From IMG/VR virus record IMGVR_UViG_3300045988_110724, positions 1 through 43,297 of that record: DNA of 43,297 nucleotides; one strand, given 5' to 3'. Below the pieces are notes generated by a model. It ran no database searches. It saw only the letters and a list, made by a program, of their open reading frames with translations, and was not told the DNA's origin. A program made the translations under genes and the position numbers. The stretch is from a virus. This document shows, piece by piece, positions 42,589 through 43,297 of the stretch (its first letter is position 1; every line of letters begins with the position of its first letter).

Positions 42589-42602
42589 CATCTTCTTTTT
42601 TG
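42571..42602 (+). terminator. Intrinsic terminator of the amidoligase operon
   Basis: AAGAAGATG-gtaa-CATCTTCTT followed by TTTTTG. Confidence 0.75.
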
Positions 42603-43085
42603 TCGTTCATAAATAATTATAGTTCTATGAATTAATTATAGTTCTATAAACGTTTAAGGATCACAAGTGATACGCTATTATAAAGCGTTCTAAGAGACTT
42701 TTATATAATGGTGATATAAATATACCATAACCACATAAGCAACGCTTAAAATTGAAATATAGGCTTTCTATACAATGCAGCTTATACATACCAATTGTAG
42801 AGATATTCCACAGGGCTTTAAATAGCCCTTTTAAGCGTGTTTTATACTATCATGATATAATTATCATCTTTCATATAAATGTGCCTTAGAATTGAAATAT
42901 AGCCCATTTAAGGCTATAGGTGCATGTAATCTATACTAATACAAGAACGAAAGATTTTACATAGAACCACGAAAAAATCCATACTCAAGAAAATAGGAAA
43001 AATACGGCAAAATTTCAGATGTCATAATGCGCCGTCAAAATTTTCGCACGCATGGTGACAGAATTTTCACGTGCATATGTAAAAA

Positions 43086-43114
43086 GGTGAGCAAAAAAAC
43101 GCTCACCTTTTTTT
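43086..43114. terminator. Bidirectional intrinsic terminator directly after terS
   Basis: A5, then GGTGAGC-aaaaaaac-GCTCACC, then T7. Confidence 0.8.
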
Positions 43115-43220
43115 ATTTCTCTTCAAAATCTGCATCTATAACGACCGCAGAAATTTCCTTTTCAATCTGTTCAATCGATTTGCTTTCAGAAACCATATGA
43201 TGGACCTTCACATCCTGGTT
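43113..43220 (-). CDS. terS: Terminase small subunit, C-terminal 35 codons plus stop. Together with 1-375 the protein totals 160 aa.
   Basis: In-frame continuation NQDVKVHHMVSESKSIEQIEKEISAVVIDADFEEK, with TAA at 43115-43113, followed immediately by a hairpin terminator. Confidence 0.8.
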   Translation of the reverse strand, partial: NQDVKVHHMVSESKSIEQIEKEISAVVIDADFEEK

Positions 43221-43297
43221 GTCTCTGTAGCCAAAATTAGATTTCAACAGGAATACGGAAGCATTCCTGTCCATAGTTCCTTGAAGTGCTCCCTGTT
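43221..43297. repeat. Terminal direct repeat copy 2 (duplicate of 1-77)
   Basis: Exact match to nt 1-77. Confidence 0.95.

Larger units (their letters stand above)
38787..43112. other. Accessory island splitting the terS-terL packaging pair
   Basis: It holds two self-contained divergent operons plus about 1 kb of repeat-rich non-coding DNA, flanked by terL (start 38786) and terS (stop 43113). Confidence 0.6.

Noticed and set aside
39812-42905. Inverted repeats flanking the amidoligase operon that would mark it as an invertible segment (GGGCTATAT at 39812-39820 versus ATATAGCCC at 42897-42905).
   Set aside because: There is only a 9-nt match between two roughly 500-bp AT-rich regions, which is about what chance predicts. 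No longer inverted repeat was found by eye. Inversion remains untested rather than supported.
42740-42910. A possible mini-CRISPR array or solitary repeat units, because both repeat units contain ..AATTGAAAT, which resembles the ATTGAAA(C/G) 3' end of many type I/III CRISPR repeats.
   Set aside because: There are only two copies. They are about 139 bp apart (far longer than repeat plus spacer), only about two-thirds identical outside a 13-15 nt box, and there are no cas genes. This is not a CRISPR array.

Overview
The window is one complete temperate siphovirus-like phage or prophage genome from a low-GC Gram-positive host. Nt 1-77 are identical to nt 43221-43297, so the molecule is circular or circularly permuted with 43,220 bp of unique sequence, and one gene (terS) wraps across the contig ends. 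Almost everything is coded on the minus strand in tightly packed, often ATGA- or TAATG-coupled operons. In order, the modules are: (1) an iteron and AT-rich origin-like region (about 440-821); (2) early and replication genes (822-15576), comprising a DnaG/Toprim + D5-type primase-helicase, an interrupted multi-TRD C5 DNA methyltransferase, a solitary MazF/PemK-like protein, MazG-like and ThyX-like proteins, DUF3310, VRR-NUC, an SF2 helicase, a DUF669 SSB-like protein, a Sak4-like ATPase and a Cas4-like exonuclease; (3) a lysogeny switch (15720-17944) with Xis-like, Cro-like and CI-like HTH proteins and a tyrosine integrase; (4) a repeat-rich attP-like region plus a small moron (17941-18627); (5) lysis genes (18709-20377); (6) tail genes (20391-32482), including a 1454-aa tape measure and a canonical A_AAA_AAC -1 frameshift for the G/GT chaperones; (7) head genes (32479-36877); (8) packaging genes. 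The most unusual feature is a roughly 4.3-kb accessory block that separates terS from terL. It holds an XRE-HTH and small serine recombinase operon. Divergent from that is a plus-strand, visibly AT-richer operon with its own promoter and terminator. This operon encodes a glutamine-synthetase-like amidoligase (Amidoligase_2-type motifs) carrying a Tyr/Asp/Cys-rich N-terminal extension, a class-II (Ntn, Cys2) glutamine amidotransferase with a poly-Tyr tail, and a 49-aa membrane peptide. I know of no demonstrated function for this enzyme pair, and it is my top candidate for an undescribed phage-borne system. All calls rest on by-eye motif recognition and synteny; no searches were run.
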